From an uncultured delta proteobacterium (GTDB taxonomy: Bacteria; Desulfobacterota; Desulfomonilia; UBA1062): a stretch of 64,000 bases of DNA. Numbering within the stretch: position 1 is the stretch's first letter; every line of letters begins with the position of its first letter. The position numbers and the translations under genes were made by a program. Where the stretch lies: assembly GCA_963798485.1 (NCBI GenBank), contig CAWCTR010000007.1:96001-160000 (forward strand), written 5' to 3'. Shown here piece after piece: positions 10,000-20,935 of this stretch. A model generated the notes under the pieces. That model was not told the origin of the DNA and did not search any database. It saw only the letters and a program-made list of their open reading frames with translations.

Positions 10000-11202
10000 A
10001 TGAGCGCACAGAAGGTGGTATTGGCATATTCGGGAGGTCTTGACACATCGGTTATCCTCAAGTGGCTCATCGACGAGTTCGGCTATGAGGTGATCTGTTT
10101 TGCAGCAGACGTGGGCCAGGCAGAAGAGCTTGATGGTCTGGAAGAAAAGGCCATGAAGACCGGCGCCAAAAAGATCTATATCGAGGACCTCAAAGAGGAA
10201 TTCGTGCGGGACTACGTGTTCCCTGCCTACAGGGCCGATGTTGCCTACGAGGGGCTCTACCTCCTGGGCACCTCGCTTGCCAGGCCGCTCATTGCCAAAC
10301 GCATGGTGGAGATCGCCAGGAAGGAGAAGGCCCAGGCTGTGGCCCACGGCGCTACGGGCAAGGGAAACGACCAGGTACGTTTTGAACTCGGGGCCTGGGC
10401 ACTCTACCCCGGCATCAAGATCATTGCACCCTGGAAGATGGATGAGTGGAAGCTGACGTCCAGGGAGAAGATGATCGACTATGCCAAGAAACACGGCATC
10501 CCTGTCCCAGTGACCAAGAAAAAACCCTACAGTATGGACCGCAACCTGCTGCACATCAGCTTCGAGGGCGGGATCTTGGAAGACATATGGAACGCGCCGG
10601 ACGAAGATATGTTCGTGCTCTCCTGCTCCCCGGAGAAGGCGCCCAACAAGCCTGCCGTTATCGAGATATCCTTCGTGAACGGCGACCCGGTCGCTATCGA
10701 CGGCAAGAAGATGAGCCCTGCCGAACTGCTCGCCAGGCTCAATGACTTAGGCGGCGCCAACGGCATCGGCCGCGTTGATATCGTGGAGAACCGTTATGTG
10801 GGCATGAAGTCACGCGGTGTGTACGAGACCCCGGGCGGCACCATTTTGAAGGCCGCGCACCGCGGCATGGAGCAGATCACCATGGACAGGGAGGTCATGC
10901 ACCTGCGCGATGAGCTCATGCCGCGATATGCCGCGCTTATCTATAACGGGTACTGGTTCTCGCCCGAGCGCGAGGTGCTCCAGACACTTATCGACGAGAC
11001 ACAGAAAGGGGTCACCGGGGACGTTCGGCTCAAGCTCTATAAGGGCAACTGCACCGTTACCGGCAGGAGGTCGAAGAGATCGCTCTACAACCCCGAGATA
11101 GCGACCTTCGGTGAAGACGAGGTATACGACCAGAAGGATGCCGCGGGTTTCATCAAGCTCAACGCCCTGCGGCTCAAGGTGAGGGCTCAGGTTAAAAAAT
11201 GA
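10000..11202 (+). CDS. argG: Argininosuccinate synthase
   Basis: [32 protein letters not shown]. Confidence 0.98.
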   Translation: MSAQKVVLAYSGGLDTSVILKWLIDEFGYEVICFAADVGQAEELDGLEEKAMKTGAKKIYIEDLKEEFVRDYVFPAYRADVAYEGLYLLGTSLARPLIAKRMVEIARKEKAQAVAHGATGKGNDQVRFELGAWALYPGIKIIAPWKMDEWKLTSREKMIDYAKKHGIPVPVTKKKPYSMDRNLLHISFEGGILEDIWNAPDEDMFVLSCSPEKAPNKPAVIEISFVNGDPVAIDGKKMSPAELLARLNDLGGANGIGRVDIVENRYVGMKSRGVYETPGGTILKAAHRGMEQITMDREVMHLRDELMPRYAALIYNGYWFSPEREVLQTLIDETQKGVTGDVRLKLYKGNCTVTGRRSKRSLYNPEIATFGEDEVYDQKDAAGFIKLNALRLKVRAQVKK

Positions 11203-12593
11203 CTGACAAACCGTGGTCCGGAAGGTTTTTGCAAGGCATGGACAAGCAGGTGGAGGCATTCACCGCCTCTGTGGATGTCGACGGCAGGCTGTACCGGCAG
11301 GACATCGCCGGCAGCATCGCCCATGCGCACATGCTTGCATCATGCAAACTGATCACCGATCAAGAGGCCGGGGCCATTATCCATGGGCTTGAGGCCATCA
11401 GGGCGGATATCGAAAACGGGACCTTCCGGTTCAGCCAGGCCCTGGAAGATGTCCACATGAACATCGAGACCGAGCTCACCAGAAGGATCGGGGAGGCGGG
11501 CAAGAAGCTCCATACTGCACGCAGCAGGAACGACCAGGTGGCCACGGACTTCCGGTTGTATGTCCGCAAAGCCCTTCAGGATATGTCTCAGGAACTCAAG
11601 GGGTTCATGGAGGCCTTGCTTATAAAGGCAGACAGCCAGGTAGATACCATTATCCCGGGCATGACGCATCTTCAGCACGCCCAGCCGGTATCCCTTGCAC
11701 ATCATCTGCTCGCCTATTTCGAGATGGGCAGAAGGGACCATGAGCGCATTGCCCAGGCAATCAAACGGGTCAATGTCTCGCCACTGGGCAGCGCGGCCCT
11801 GGCAGGAACGCCGCACCCCATCGACCGGGGACAGACGGCGAAAGACCTCGGATTCTCGGATCCCATAAGGAATTCCATCGATGCCGTGAGCGACCGCGAC
11901 TTTGCCGTTGAGGCCGCCTTTGTCTGCAGTGTGGTCATGATGCACCTGAGCAGGCTCGCTGAGGAGATCATCATCTGGAACTCCCAGCCCTTTTCCTTCA
12001 TTGAACTGGGCGATGCCTATTGCACGGGCAGCTCCATCATGCCCCAGAAGAAGAACCCGGATGTGGCGGAACTGGTGAGGGGAAAGACAGGTGGTGTCTA
12101 TGGGAACCTTTTGTCACTGCTTATCATGATGAAAGGGCTGCCCTTAGCCTATAACCGGGACATGCAGGAAGACAAGAAGCCTCTCTTCGAGGCCCTGGAT
12201 ACGGCCGGCTCATCACTACGGCTCATGGCAGGCCTTGTGGCAGGGATGAGCCCCAGGGCAGAATCCCTTTCCAGGTCATTGCAGGATGGGTTCATCACGG
12301 CAACTGACATGGCCGACTATTTGGCGGCCAAGGGCATGCCGTTCAGGGAGGCGCACCGCATCACGGGCGAGATCGTATCCTTGCTGATAAGCAAAAACAT
12401 GCAGTTCTCCGACCTCGAACTCTCTGAGCTCAAGGCCTTCAGTGCCCTGTTCGAAGCCGATGTGTTTGCAGCCCTTGACCCGGCATCCTCAATGGACAGG
12501 AGGACAAGCTATGGAGGCACGGCCAGGGAGAATGTGCGCAAGGCCCTGAAGGAGGCACGCGTATTTCTGGAGTCACTGGCCCATGAGGATTAG
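11199..12593 (+). CDS. argH: Argininosuccinate lyase
   Basis: [21 protein letters not shown]. Confidence 0.98.
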   Translation: MTDKPWSGRFLQGMDKQVEAFTASVDVDGRLYRQDIAGSIAHAHMLASCKLITDQEAGAIIHGLEAIRADIENGTFRFSQALEDVHMNIETELTRRIGEAGKKLHTARSRNDQVATDFRLYVRKALQDMSQELKGFMEALLIKADSQVDTIIPGMTHLQHAQPVSLAHHLLAYFEMGRRDHERIAQAIKRVNVSPLGSAALAGTPHPIDRGQTAKDLGFSDPIRNSIDAVSDRDFAVEAAFVCSVVMMHLSRLAEEIIIWNSQPFSFIELGDAYCTGSSIMPQKKNPDVAELVRGKTGGVYGNLLSLLIMMKGLPLAYNRDMQEDKKPLFEALDTAGSSLRLMAGLVAGMSPRAESLSRSLQDGFITATDMADYLAAKGMPFREAHRITGEIVSLLISKNMQFSDLELSELKAFSALFEADVFAALDPASSMDRRTSYGGTARENVRKALKEARVFLESLAHED

Positions 12594-12963
12594 GTGGCCC
12601 TTCATCGCGGTTGCAATCCTTATTGTCCTTTCGGGCTGCGGCAGGAAGATGCCGCCCTTGCCGCCCACGCTCCCTGACCCGGTGGAGGTGGGCTCTATCA
12701 CCTTTGTCGGCAAGGAGGTGATTGCAAGGGCACGGTGCAATATGCCGGATGCCACGGTGCTGTTGCTGGGCAAACCCAAGGGATTATGCCCCAACTGCAC
12801 GGATGACCTTGTGGTAAAGCAGAAGATGACTCTTGAGAAACCCGGTGAGCTCGTCTTAAAAGACACTTCACCCGAATCCGACTATATGGTCTACCGTATC
12901 TCTGCAGAGCATGGCACCACGAAATGGACCACACCGGCGAGGATCGTGGTGAAAAAGCAGTAA
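12583..12963 (+). CDS. Small lipoprotein with LptM/YifL-like N-terminus and CxxC motif
   Basis: Lipobox LSGC followed by GRKMPPLPP; CPNC; lies between argH and lysA. Confidence 0.7.
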   Translation: MRIRWPFIAVAILIVLSGCGRKMPPLPPTLPDPVEVGSITFVGKEVIARARCNMPDATVLLLGKPKGLCPNCTDDLVVKQKMTLEKPGELVLKDTSPESDYMVYRISAEHGTTKWTTPARIVVKKQ

Positions 12964-13000
12964 CGGCAGGAATATTCATCAAAGGAAGGGACAGTAAACT

Positions 13001-14260
13001 ATGCATGATTTTGACTATGACAAAGCAGGACAATTGTGCTGTGCGGAAGTGCCTCTTGAGAAGATCGCCCGCGAGATCGGCACACCGTACTACTGCTATA
13101 GCCTTCCCACCCTCAGACGCCATATCCAGGCCTTTGAGGAGCCGCTTGAGAGCATCGACCACCAGACATGCTTTGCCATGAAGGCAAATTCCAATCTGGC
13201 CATCCTCACCCTCATGGCACATCACGGCCTTGGTGCCGATGTAGTCTCGGGAGGCGAGCTCTTCCGGGCACTCAAGGCCGGAATCCCTGCATCCAAGGTC
13301 GTCTACTCCGGGGTGGGTAAAACCACCTTTGAGATCGACATGGCCATACAGGCCGGCATCATGATGTTTAACATCGAGAGCGAGCAGGAGCTCTCGGTCA
13401 TCAATGAACGCGCCGGGGCCTTACGGAAGAAGGCGCCCATATCAATCAGGGTCAACCCGGATGTGGACCCCCAGACCCATCCCTATATCTCAACGGGCAT
13501 GAAACAGAACAAGTTCGGCATCGATATCGAAGGGACCCTCAGGCAGTACCTCAGGGCAAAAGACATGAAGCATATCGAGATCGTGGGCATAGATTGCCAC
13601 ATCGGCAGCCAGCTCACCGACATCAGCCCGTTCATCGATGCCATAGAAAGGCTTAAACTGCTCATCGCGAACATCAAAGACCTTGGCATCGAGTTTAAAT
13701 ACCTCGATCTCGGAGGGGGCCTGGGTATCACCTATTCATCCGAGCATCCGCCTCACCCCAAAGAATACGGCGCTGCCATCATCGATGCGGTCAGAGGTCT
13801 GACCCTCAAGCTGATCTTCGAGCCCGGCAGGGTCATTGTAGGAAATGCGGGCGTGCTCGTGACCCGGGTGCTTTACCGCAAGGAGGCGGATAAGAAGACC
13901 TTCATCATCGTGGATGCGGGCATGAATGACCTTATCCGGCCGGCGCTGTACGGCGCTTACCACGATATAAAGCCCCTTGTGAAGAAAACCGGCCCGGCCG
14001 AGAAGGCCGACGTGGTGGGGCCCATCTGCGAGTCCAGTGATTTCCTGGCAAAAGACAGGGATCTGCCGCATCTATCCAGGGGCGACCTCATCGCGGTGAT
14101 GAGCGCCGGGGCCTATGGTTTTACCATGGCCTCGAACTACAACTCCCGTCCCAAACCCCCAGAGGTTTTGGTAGATGGTAAAAACTATTCTGTGGTAATA
14201 CACAGGCAATCTTATGAAGACCTCATCGCGGGGGAGTCAGTCCCCGGCGGTCTGGTCTAA
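13001..14260 (+). CDS. lysA: Diaminopimelate decarboxylase
   Basis: AMKAN, HIGSQ, EPGR, GPICES, GAYG. Confidence 0.97.
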   Translation: MHDFDYDKAGQLCCAEVPLEKIAREIGTPYYCYSLPTLRRHIQAFEEPLESIDHQTCFAMKANSNLAILTLMAHHGLGADVVSGGELFRALKAGIPASKVVYSGVGKTTFEIDMAIQAGIMMFNIESEQELSVINERAGALRKKAPISIRVNPDVDPQTHPYISTGMKQNKFGIDIEGTLRQYLRAKDMKHIEIVGIDCHIGSQLTDISPFIDAIERLKLLIANIKDLGIEFKYLDLGGGLGITYSSEHPPHPKEYGAAIIDAVRGLTLKLIFEPGRVIVGNAGVLVTRVLYRKEADKKTFIIVDAGMNDLIRPALYGAYHDIKPLVKKTGPAEKADVVGPICESSDFLAKDRDLPHLSRGDLIAVMSAGAYGFTMASNYNSRPKPPEVLVDGKNYSVVIHRQSYEDLIAGESVPGGLV

Positions 14261-14274
14261 CTAGAGGGAGGAGA

Positions 14275-15153
14275 ATGATGTTTTCAGGTGCGATCGTGGC
14301 CATTGTAACGCCTTTTAAGGACGGCATGGTTGACGAAAAGGCGTTTAGAGAGCTCATCAATTTCGTCATAAAAGGCGGGGTATCGGGCATCGTGCCCTGT
14401 GGCACAACGGGAGAGTCAGCCACCTTGTCCCATAAAGAGCACGAGTATGTTATCGATATCACGGTGGATGAAGTGGGGAAACGGGTCCCGGTCATTGCGG
14501 GCACCGGCTCAAATTCGACAACAGAGGCCATCCGCCTCACCAGGCACGCCAAGGATGCAGGGGCCGATGCGGCACTGCTCATCACCCCCTATTACAACAA
14601 GCCCACCCAGAAGGGGCTTGTTGAACACTACAAGGCGGTTGCATCCGCATGTGACATCCCCCAGATCCTCTACAACGTCCCGGGAAGGACCGGGGTGAAC
14701 ATGAGCAGCGAGACCGTTGTCGAGTTATCCAAGATAGACAACATCGTGGGCATCAAGGAGGCGAGCGGAGACCTGGTGAAGAGCTCCCAGATCGTTCGTG
14801 ACACGGCGGATGATTTCTGCGTGCTCTCGGGTGAAGATGCCCTGAACTATCCCATTATGTGCTGTGGCGGGGTAGGCGCAATATCCGTAACGGCAAACGT
14901 GTTGCCGGATAGGGTCTCGGCCCTGTGTGCGGCATGGGATGCTCTTGATATACCAAAGGCCCGGAAGATCCACCTGGAGCTTCTGGAAATCAACCAGGCC
15001 CTGTTTATCGAGACTAACCCCATCCCGGTGAAGACCGCGCTGGCCATGATGGGAAAGATGAACGAGGAATTCAAGCTGCCCCTGTGCCCTATGGGGGATG
15101 CCAATAAGAAGAGGCTTGCTTCGGTGCTCAAGCTCTACGGATGCATCAGTTAA
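14275..15153 (+). CDS. dapA: 4-hydroxy-tetrahydrodipicolinate synthase
   Basis: GTTGE, PYYNKP, YNVPGRT, GIKEA. Confidence 0.97.
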   Translation: MMFSGAIVAIVTPFKDGMVDEKAFRELINFVIKGGVSGIVPCGTTGESATLSHKEHEYVIDITVDEVGKRVPVIAGTGSNSTTEAIRLTRHAKDAGADAALLITPYYNKPTQKGLVEHYKAVASACDIPQILYNVPGRTGVNMSSETVVELSKIDNIVGIKEASGDLVKSSQIVRDTADDFCVLSGEDALNYPIMCCGGVGAISVTANVLPDRVSALCAAWDALDIPKARKIHLELLEINQALFIETNPIPVKTALAMMGKMNEEFKLPLCPMGDANKKRLASVLKLYGCIS

Positions 15154-15169
15154 ACCCTGGAGGTTTCCC

Positions 15170-15985
15170 ATGATCAAGACCGGCGTTGTCGGGTTTGGCG
15201 GGAGGATGGGTTCGCTTATTGCGCGGACAATTATGGACAACCCTGAGTTTGCCTTGGAAGGCGCCCTGGAAGACAAGGCTCACCCGGTTATCGGCAAGGA
15301 TGTGGGCGAGGCGCTTGCATATCCCAAGACCGGAATACGTGTGTCTTCCGTGATAGAGGATGCCTTTGCCGCATCCGACTGCATCATCGACTTCACCTTC
15401 CCCGAGGTGACGCTTAAGGTTTGTTCGTATGCGGCTGATAACGGCAAGGCCATGGTGATCGGCTCCACTGGGTTTACTGAAGAACAGAAAAAGAAGATCG
15501 CATTGTTCGCATCAAAGATACCCATTGTGCTTTCACCGAACATGAGCATAGGGGTCAATATGCTTCTTAAGGTCGTGGGCATGGTGGCCGGCCTTCTGGA
15601 TGAAAGCTATGACGCGGAGATCGTGGAGGCGCACCACAGGCTCAAGAAGGATGCCCCTTCAGGCACTGCCCTGGCGCTGGCTCAAGCCGTGGCCAAGGGA
15701 AGGGGCATCGAACTGGACAGCCATGCCCGGTATGAACGCCACGGCATTATCGGGGTGAGGCCCACAGGCGAGATCGGTATCCAGACCGTCCGCGCAGGGG
15801 ACATCGTGGGAGAGCATACGGTCATGTTTGCAGGCCCCGGCGAGCGCATAGAGATCACCCACAAGGCCCACAGCCGCGAGAACTTTGCCCGTGGGGCCAT
15901 AAAGGCCGCGGCGTGGGTAATGGGCAAACAGCCGGGCCTTTACTCCATGATGGATGTCCTGGGTATCAGCTATGAAGATCGGTAG
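15170..15985 (+). CDS. dapB: 4-hydroxy-tetrahydrodipicolinate reductase
   Basis: GFGGRMG, EAHHRLKKDAPSGTA; start ATG 15170 after GGAGG. Confidence 0.96.
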   Translation: MIKTGVVGFGGRMGSLIARTIMDNPEFALEGALEDKAHPVIGKDVGEALAYPKTGIRVSSVIEDAFAASDCIIDFTFPEVTLKVCSYAADNGKAMVIGSTGFTEEQKKKIALFASKIPIVLSPNMSIGVNMLLKVVGMVAGLLDESYDAEIVEAHHRLKKDAPSGTALALAQAVAKGRGIELDSHARYERHGIIGVRPTGEIGIQTVRAGDIVGEHTVMFAGPGERIEITHKAHSRENFARGAIKAAAWVMGKQPGLYSMMDVLGISYEDR

Positions 15986-16715
15986 GGGTATATCATCATC
16001 CGGGGGCATCAAGTGGTATTGCACGGATGATGGCCATGGATTCAGCCAGTGGAATCCGGACACCTCGGAAAAGGGCCGGGCAATAGAGATCACGAGGCTC
16101 CTGGCCCCGGCGTTGCCGGGCAAGATCATTGCCGTCGGGTTGAACTACCGAGACCATGCCATGGAGATGGGCCTTGTATTGCCCGAAGAACCCATTGTCT
16201 TCATGAAGCCCTCAACGTCAGTCATTGGATCTGGAGATGGGATCATCTATCCTGCCCAGTCGAACCGGGTGGATTATGAGGCGGAACTGGCCGTGGTCAT
16301 CTCCAAGCAGTGCAAGAATGTTCGAGTTCATGAGGCAGGCGATGTCATCCTTGGGTATACGTGCATGAACGACGTCACCGCCAGGGACCTGCAGATAAAG
16401 GACTCTCAGTGGACACGCGCCAAATCCTTTGACACCTTTGCCCCCCTTGGTCCTTGGATTGATACGGATATAGCAGACCCGAACAACCTTGCCATAACAT
16501 CGCGCCTGAACGGCGAGATCAAGCAATCATCAAACACGAACAACCTCATCTTCAATGTATTCGGACTCATCGAATTTATCTCATCGGTGATGACCCTGGA
16601 AAAATGGGACATCATCGCCACGGGAACGCCCGCAGGGGTCGGCCCCATGGTGAGAGGAGATGAGGTTGAGATAGCCATCGAGGGGATCGGGGCCTTGACA
16701 AACCACGTTGTATGA
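15972..16715 (+). CDS. Fumarylacetoacetate hydrolase family protein
   Basis: GLNYRDH, DYEAEL, NDVTARD, KSFDTF, TGTPAGVG. Confidence 0.9.
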   Translation: MKIGRGISSSGGIKWYCTDDGHGFSQWNPDTSEKGRAIEITRLLAPALPGKIIAVGLNYRDHAMEMGLVLPEEPIVFMKPSTSVIGSGDGIIYPAQSNRVDYEAELAVVISKQCKNVRVHEAGDVILGYTCMNDVTARDLQIKDSQWTRAKSFDTFAPLGPWIDTDIADPNNLAITSRLNGEIKQSSNTNNLIFNVFGLIEFISSVMTLEKWDIIATGTPAGVGPMVRGDEVEIAIEGIGALTNHVV

Positions 16716-17197
16716 TGCGAGGATTTCTTTCTCTCGGGTCAAACCTCGGCGATAGGGGGGCTCATCTCAAAGACGCCCTGAGACACCTTGCAACATGGGG
16801 TGTTAAGATCATAAAGGCATCACGCATCTATGAGACAGTCCCGGTGGAGGTGCCGTCGGGGCAGGGCAACTATCTCAACATGGTTCTTGAGGTTGCCTTT
16901 GATGGGGAACCCATGGAGCTGCTGGATCTTTGTCAAAGGGTGGAGGATACGCTGGGAAGGGAACGGCCATACGCCCATGCCCCCAGGACCATTGATATAG
17001 ACATCCTCCTCATCCATGATATACTCCTTGACCAGGAGCGCCTTATTCTACCGCATCCGAGGATGGAAAATAGGGCATTTGTGATCTACCCCCTTGCAGA
17101 AATCGCCCCTGAGCTTATTCTTCCATCAGGGAGGACAGTAACGCAGGTCAAGAAAAACTGTAAAAATGACGAGATAATAAAGATTCGGGATTTGTAA
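16712..17197 (+). CDS. folK: 2-amino-4-hydroxy-6-hydroxymethyldihydropteridine diphosphokinase
   Basis: LGSNLGDR, PRTIDIDIL, LPHPRM. Confidence 0.95.
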   Translation: MMRGFLSLGSNLGDRGAHLKDALRHLATWGVKIIKASRIYETVPVEVPSGQGNYLNMVLEVAFDGEPMELLDLCQRVEDTLGRERPYAHAPRTIDIDILLIHDILLDQERLILPHPRMENRAFVIYPLAEIAPELILPSGRTVTQVKKNCKNDEIIKIRDL

Positions 17198-17198
17198 G

Positions 17199-18698
17199 AT
17201 GGATGAGCCTATACCTCATAAGCTGAAGATCATGATTGCCGACGATAACCGCGACCTCAACGAGGCCATGCGGGAGATGCTCATTGAGCACGGCTTCGAC
17301 GTAGTGCAGGCATATGACGGCGAAGAGGCCTTTGACCTCTATTCTCAGGAGAAGCCCGATCTTACATTCCTTGACTACCTCATGCCCCAGATGGACGGGG
17401 TCGATGTCCTTGAAGAGATCATGACCATAGACCCCGATGCCCTGGTGGTGTTTATCACGGGCGAGGGGTCTGAGGACACAGCGGTCCAGGCCATGAAGGC
17501 AGGGGCAAAGGATTATGTCACCAAGCCCTTTTCCATGCAGTACCTCGTGCATATCGCAAAAAAGCTCATCAACGAGCATGCCCTGCAGCTTGATAACATA
17601 CGCCTGCGGGCCAGGGGCGATGCCTATAAGGATTATATGGTCACCATTACCGAGACCATGGGTGAGGCGGTGATCACTATCGACGCCAAAGGGACCGTTC
17701 AGTTCATGAATCACATGGCCCACAAACTCTGGGGACCACTTGAAGATATGAAAAACAAGCCCGTGGATGTGCTCATCCCGGACCCGAGCGTAGATGTCTT
17801 TGCGGACATCAGACAGGCATCCCTGGATGGAGATGAATGCTTCCAGAGTGAGTATACCTTCCGCAAGGCCGATGGGGGTATCTTCTCAGGGCTGCTGAGT
17901 GCCTCAACGCTGAAGAGCGAGCAGTATGCGAACAACATTGTGCTCGTTATACGAGATCTCACCGACATCGAGATGATGCGCAGGCAGGTCATCAACGCCG
18001 AAAAGCTGGCTTCATTGGGCAAGGTGGTTGAGGGGGTCGCACATGAAATAAGGAACTCTCTGACCTCGTTAGGGGGGTTCTCCAGACGCCTGAGCAAGTC
18101 GGTTGACCAGAACTGCGCCGAAAAGGTGTACGTAGACTATATCATTGAGGACGTTAAGAGGCTGGAGTCCATGATCCTGGATATCGAGGAATATGTGAAC
18201 TACACCAAGATTCACAGGCCTAACTTCTCCATGACCCATATTGAAGACATCATCAACGATGCCCTTATCAAGAGCTTCGGGTCAGGGAAATTCAGCGGTG
18301 TGGCATATGAGGTGAATGTGCCCCAGGGTATCGAAGAGATCTATGCGGACCACGATTTTCTGGTTGAGGCCTTCTGGCACCTCTTTGTGAACGCATGTGA
18401 ATCCATGGAAGGGAAGGGCTCGCTTGTCGTAACTATAAGCCTCCACCCGCATTATTTAATCGTAGATGTAATTGATTCCGGGAAGGGTATTCCGAGTGAT
18501 GAGATCAAGGATATCTTCAACCCCTTTTATACCAGCAAGTCCCGTGGTGCGGGCCTTGGTCTTTCAAAGGTCTACATGATTATCGAGGAGCATGGGGGCT
18601 TCATCACCGTGAACAGCTCGGTGAACCAGGGGACAAGGATGAGGGTCTTCCTCTCTCGGAGACGAGGGATAAAGCCTCTTGCGCCACAAGAGACTTGA
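17199..18698 (+). CDS. Hybrid signalling protein: receiver + PAS + histidine kinase
   Basis: ADD...LDYLMP..K receiver domain; HEIRN H-box; NACES, DSGKGI and GAGLGL boxes. Confidence 0.9.
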   Translation: MDEPIPHKLKIMIADDNRDLNEAMREMLIEHGFDVVQAYDGEEAFDLYSQEKPDLTFLDYLMPQMDGVDVLEEIMTIDPDALVVFITGEGSEDTAVQAMKAGAKDYVTKPFSMQYLVHIAKKLINEHALQLDNIRLRARGDAYKDYMVTITETMGEAVITIDAKGTVQFMNHMAHKLWGPLEDMKNKPVDVLIPDPSVDVFADIRQASLDGDECFQSEYTFRKADGGIFSGLLSASTLKSEQYANNIVLVIRDLTDIEMMRRQVINAEKLASLGKVVEGVAHEIRNSLTSLGGFSRRLSKSVDQNCAEKVYVDYIIEDVKRLESMILDIEEYVNYTKIHRPNFSMTHIEDIINDALIKSFGSGKFSGVAYEVNVPQGIEEIYADHDFLVEAFWHLFVNACESMEGKGSLVVTISLHPHYLIVDVIDSGKGIPSDEIKDIFNPFYTSKSRGAGLGLSKVYMIIEEHGGFITVNSSVNQGTRMRVFLSRRRGIKPLAPQET

Positions 18699-18766
18699 AA
18701 TGAAGTTCATGCATCGGGTAGAGTAACTCGAGTACAATAATGAAATATTTGAATAAAATATTATAA

Positions 18767-19402
18767 ATGACGATAAAGACAAATATGTTTACAAGGACAC
18801 TGGCTTTTCTTTGCGCAGTTGTGACTATTTTTATGTGGGCGAGCCCCGGCCATGCCGATATCTTCATGAGACGCGGGCCAGACGGCACGATGCATTTCAG
18901 CAATTGCCCCATGGGGACGGACTGGAAGCTCTATGCCAAGGAGAAAGCGAGAAAATATCAATACCCCCAATATCCACAATCGCAATACACCGCCAAGAAA
19001 TACTCCAAGTCGCAATATGACAATCTCATCGGCATTATTGCCCGGGGTCAGGGTGTAAGCCCTACGCTCATCAAGAGTGTCATCGAGGTGGAGTCGGGCT
19101 ACGACCCCAAAGCCAAGTCCTCCAAGGGCGCTATGGGCCTTATGCAGCTCATGCCCGGAACAGCCCAGGACCTTGGTGTTTCAGACCCGTGGAACCCCAT
19201 AGAGAACATCACCGCGGGGACGAAGTACCTTTCCTGGTTGATCAGAAAGTACAACGGAAACCTCATGAAGGCCCTGGCTGCCTACAACGCCGGACCGAAT
19301 GCGGTGGACTACTATGGCGGAATTCCACCCTACCAAGAGACAACCGATTATGTTAGAAGTGTCCTTGCCAGATTATACGGGGGAGGATATGCAGGGGAAT
19401 GA
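18767..19402 (+). CDS. Lytic transglycosylase (SLT domain) with DUF4124-like N-terminus
   Basis: Signal peptide; VES, GAMGLMQLMP, AAYNAGP, IPPYQET. Confidence 0.9.
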   Translation: MTIKTNMFTRTLAFLCAVVTIFMWASPGHADIFMRRGPDGTMHFSNCPMGTDWKLYAKEKARKYQYPQYPQSQYTAKKYSKSQYDNLIGIIARGQGVSPTLIKSVIEVESGYDPKAKSSKGAMGLMQLMPGTAQDLGVSDPWNPIENITAGTKYLSWLIRKYNGNLMKALAAYNAGPNAVDYYGGIPPYQETTDYVRSVLARLYGGGYAGE

Positions 19403-19926
19403 ATATATCAAATGCACTGACCGTCTCGCGGATCTTCATGGTCCCGGTCATTGCGTTGCTGCTCATCCATGACAGTCTTATAAAATCCGTCATTGCCGCA
19501 AGTATCTTCGGGGTGGCTATGATTACGGATTATCTTGACGGGTATTTTGCCAGGAAATACCATCAGGAATCAGACTTAGGCAAGCTGCTGGACCCTTTGG
19601 CGGACAAGTTCCTCATCGGCACCGTCTTGATCATGCTCATTCCATTGGGCAGGATTCCAGCGTGGATAGTAGCCATCATCATAGCCCGCGAGCTTGCTGT
19701 GACCGGGTTACGCAGCATTGCTGCAGAGAAGAAAATCATCATTGCTGCGGATTGGCTCGGTAAGTACAAGACTGCATTCCAGTGCACCGCGCTTATTCCC
19801 CTGATTGTATATCATCCGATCCTTGGATTGCAGTTTCAACAAGCAGGTGATTTCTTTGTGTGGATCGCGCTGTACTTTACCCTCTGGTCCGGTGTGGAGT
19901 GCTTTATCAATTATATCAAGGCCTGA
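19399..19926 (+). CDS. pgsA: CDP-diacylglycerol--glycerol-3-phosphate 3-phosphatidyltransferase
   Basis: TDYLDGYFAR...GKLLDPLADK. Confidence 0.93.
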   Translation: MNISNALTVSRIFMVPVIALLLIHDSLIKSVIAASIFGVAMITDYLDGYFARKYHQESDLGKLLDPLADKFLIGTVLIMLIPLGRIPAWIVAIIIARELAVTGLRSIAAEKKIIIAADWLGKYKTAFQCTALIPLIVYHPILGLQFQQAGDFFVWIALYFTLWSGVECFINYIKA

Positions 19927-19977
19927 GCTCAGACCTCATGCGCCGGAAGTGTGCCGGCAAACCTGCCGATTCTTTTC

Positions 19978-20190
19978 TTAGCCGTTTTTTGTCGTGAACA
20001 TACCAAGCTGTGTATAGAGCGGACACACCCCGGAGGTTGCACTTGAAAGCAGCATACCGCCTGCCATTAACGAGATGGCTGCGATGAACGATATCTTGCC
20101 TCTCATGACGAGGAGTAAGAGGATAATGGCCGCTATGCCTACACGGATGAATTTGTCGGTGGTCCCGACATTCTGCTCAAAGGATTCCAT
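19978..20190 (-). CDS. DUF2892 (YgaP-like) small membrane protein
   Basis: NVGTTDKFIR...GVCPLY..LG pattern, two hydrophobic helices, GGAGG RBS. Confidence 0.8.
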   Translation of the reverse strand: MESFEQNVGTTDKFIRVGIAAIILLLLVMRGKISFIAAISLMAGGMLLSSATSGVCPLYTQLGMFTTKNG

Positions 20191-20309
20191 GAACTACCTC
20201 CACGTTGATCTTAAGGCATATTCTCTCTTGAAAACATGCTTCTGTCAACATAGTGGTATTGAATCTGCAAGATAAAACCATTATGTTAATAAGGAGAGGA
20301 GATAAATTC

Positions 20310-20564
20310 ATGACGAACAAGAAAATAAAGCTCTACACATTAAGCACTTGTAGTCACTGCAAGGCCGCAAAAAAATTTCTGAACGATCTGAGTGTACAAT
20401 ATGACTGCATCGATGTAGATCTACTCGATGCCCAAGACAAGGCGGCGGTTCTTGACGAGGTGAGAAAATACAACCCTAAATTGACCTTCCCCACAATCCT
20501 CTGCGGGGACAGGGTCATCATCGGGTTCCAGGACCGCGAAATCAAGGAGGCGCTCGGCCTATGA
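20310..20564 (+). CDS. Glutaredoxin (NrdH-like)
   Basis: CSHC redox motif, TFPT, IIGF. Confidence 0.9.
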   Translation: MTNKKIKLYTLSTCSHCKAAKKFLNDLSVQYDCIDVDLLDAQDKAAVLDEVRKYNPKLTFPTILCGDRVIIGFQDREIKEALGL

Positions 20565-20893
20565 ACGATGCGGAAAGGCTCTATGAAATGCTGAAAAAGG
20601 TCCAGGAGCCGAAGGGATACTTTTTCAATAAGGATAGAGCCCGGGTACTTGACCTGCTTGAGGCGCTGCTTATCAATAAGGACCGCTATGGCTATATGTG
20701 CTGTCCGTGCAGGCTTGCCTTGGGCGATAAGGGAAAAGACCGTGATATTATCTGCCCGTGCGTCTACAGGGCCGCGGATGTTGAGGAATTCGGCAGCTGT
20801 TACTGCAATCTCTATGTCTCTTCCGATTGGAATGAGGGGAAGATCCCTGAGAGTTACGTCCCTGAACGGAGACCGGCTGATAAGTATGTGTAG
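20561..20893 (+). CDS. Ferredoxin:thioredoxin reductase catalytic-subunit-like protein
   Basis: CPCR, ICPC and CYC motifs; overlaps the glutaredoxin stop. Confidence 0.9.
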   Translation: MNDAERLYEMLKKVQEPKGYFFNKDRARVLDLLEALLINKDRYGYMCCPCRLALGDKGKDRDIICPCVYRAADVEEFGSCYCNLYVSSDWNEGKIPESYVPERRPADKYV

Positions 20894-20935
20894 GATAGCG
20901 GACGATCTGAAGATGAGAGGGGAAAAACAGGATAC

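Noticed and set aside
20310-20893. Glutaredoxin + FTR-like pair as a novel system
   Set aside because: This pairing is already known in anaerobic bacteria and archaea; annotated as ordinary features.
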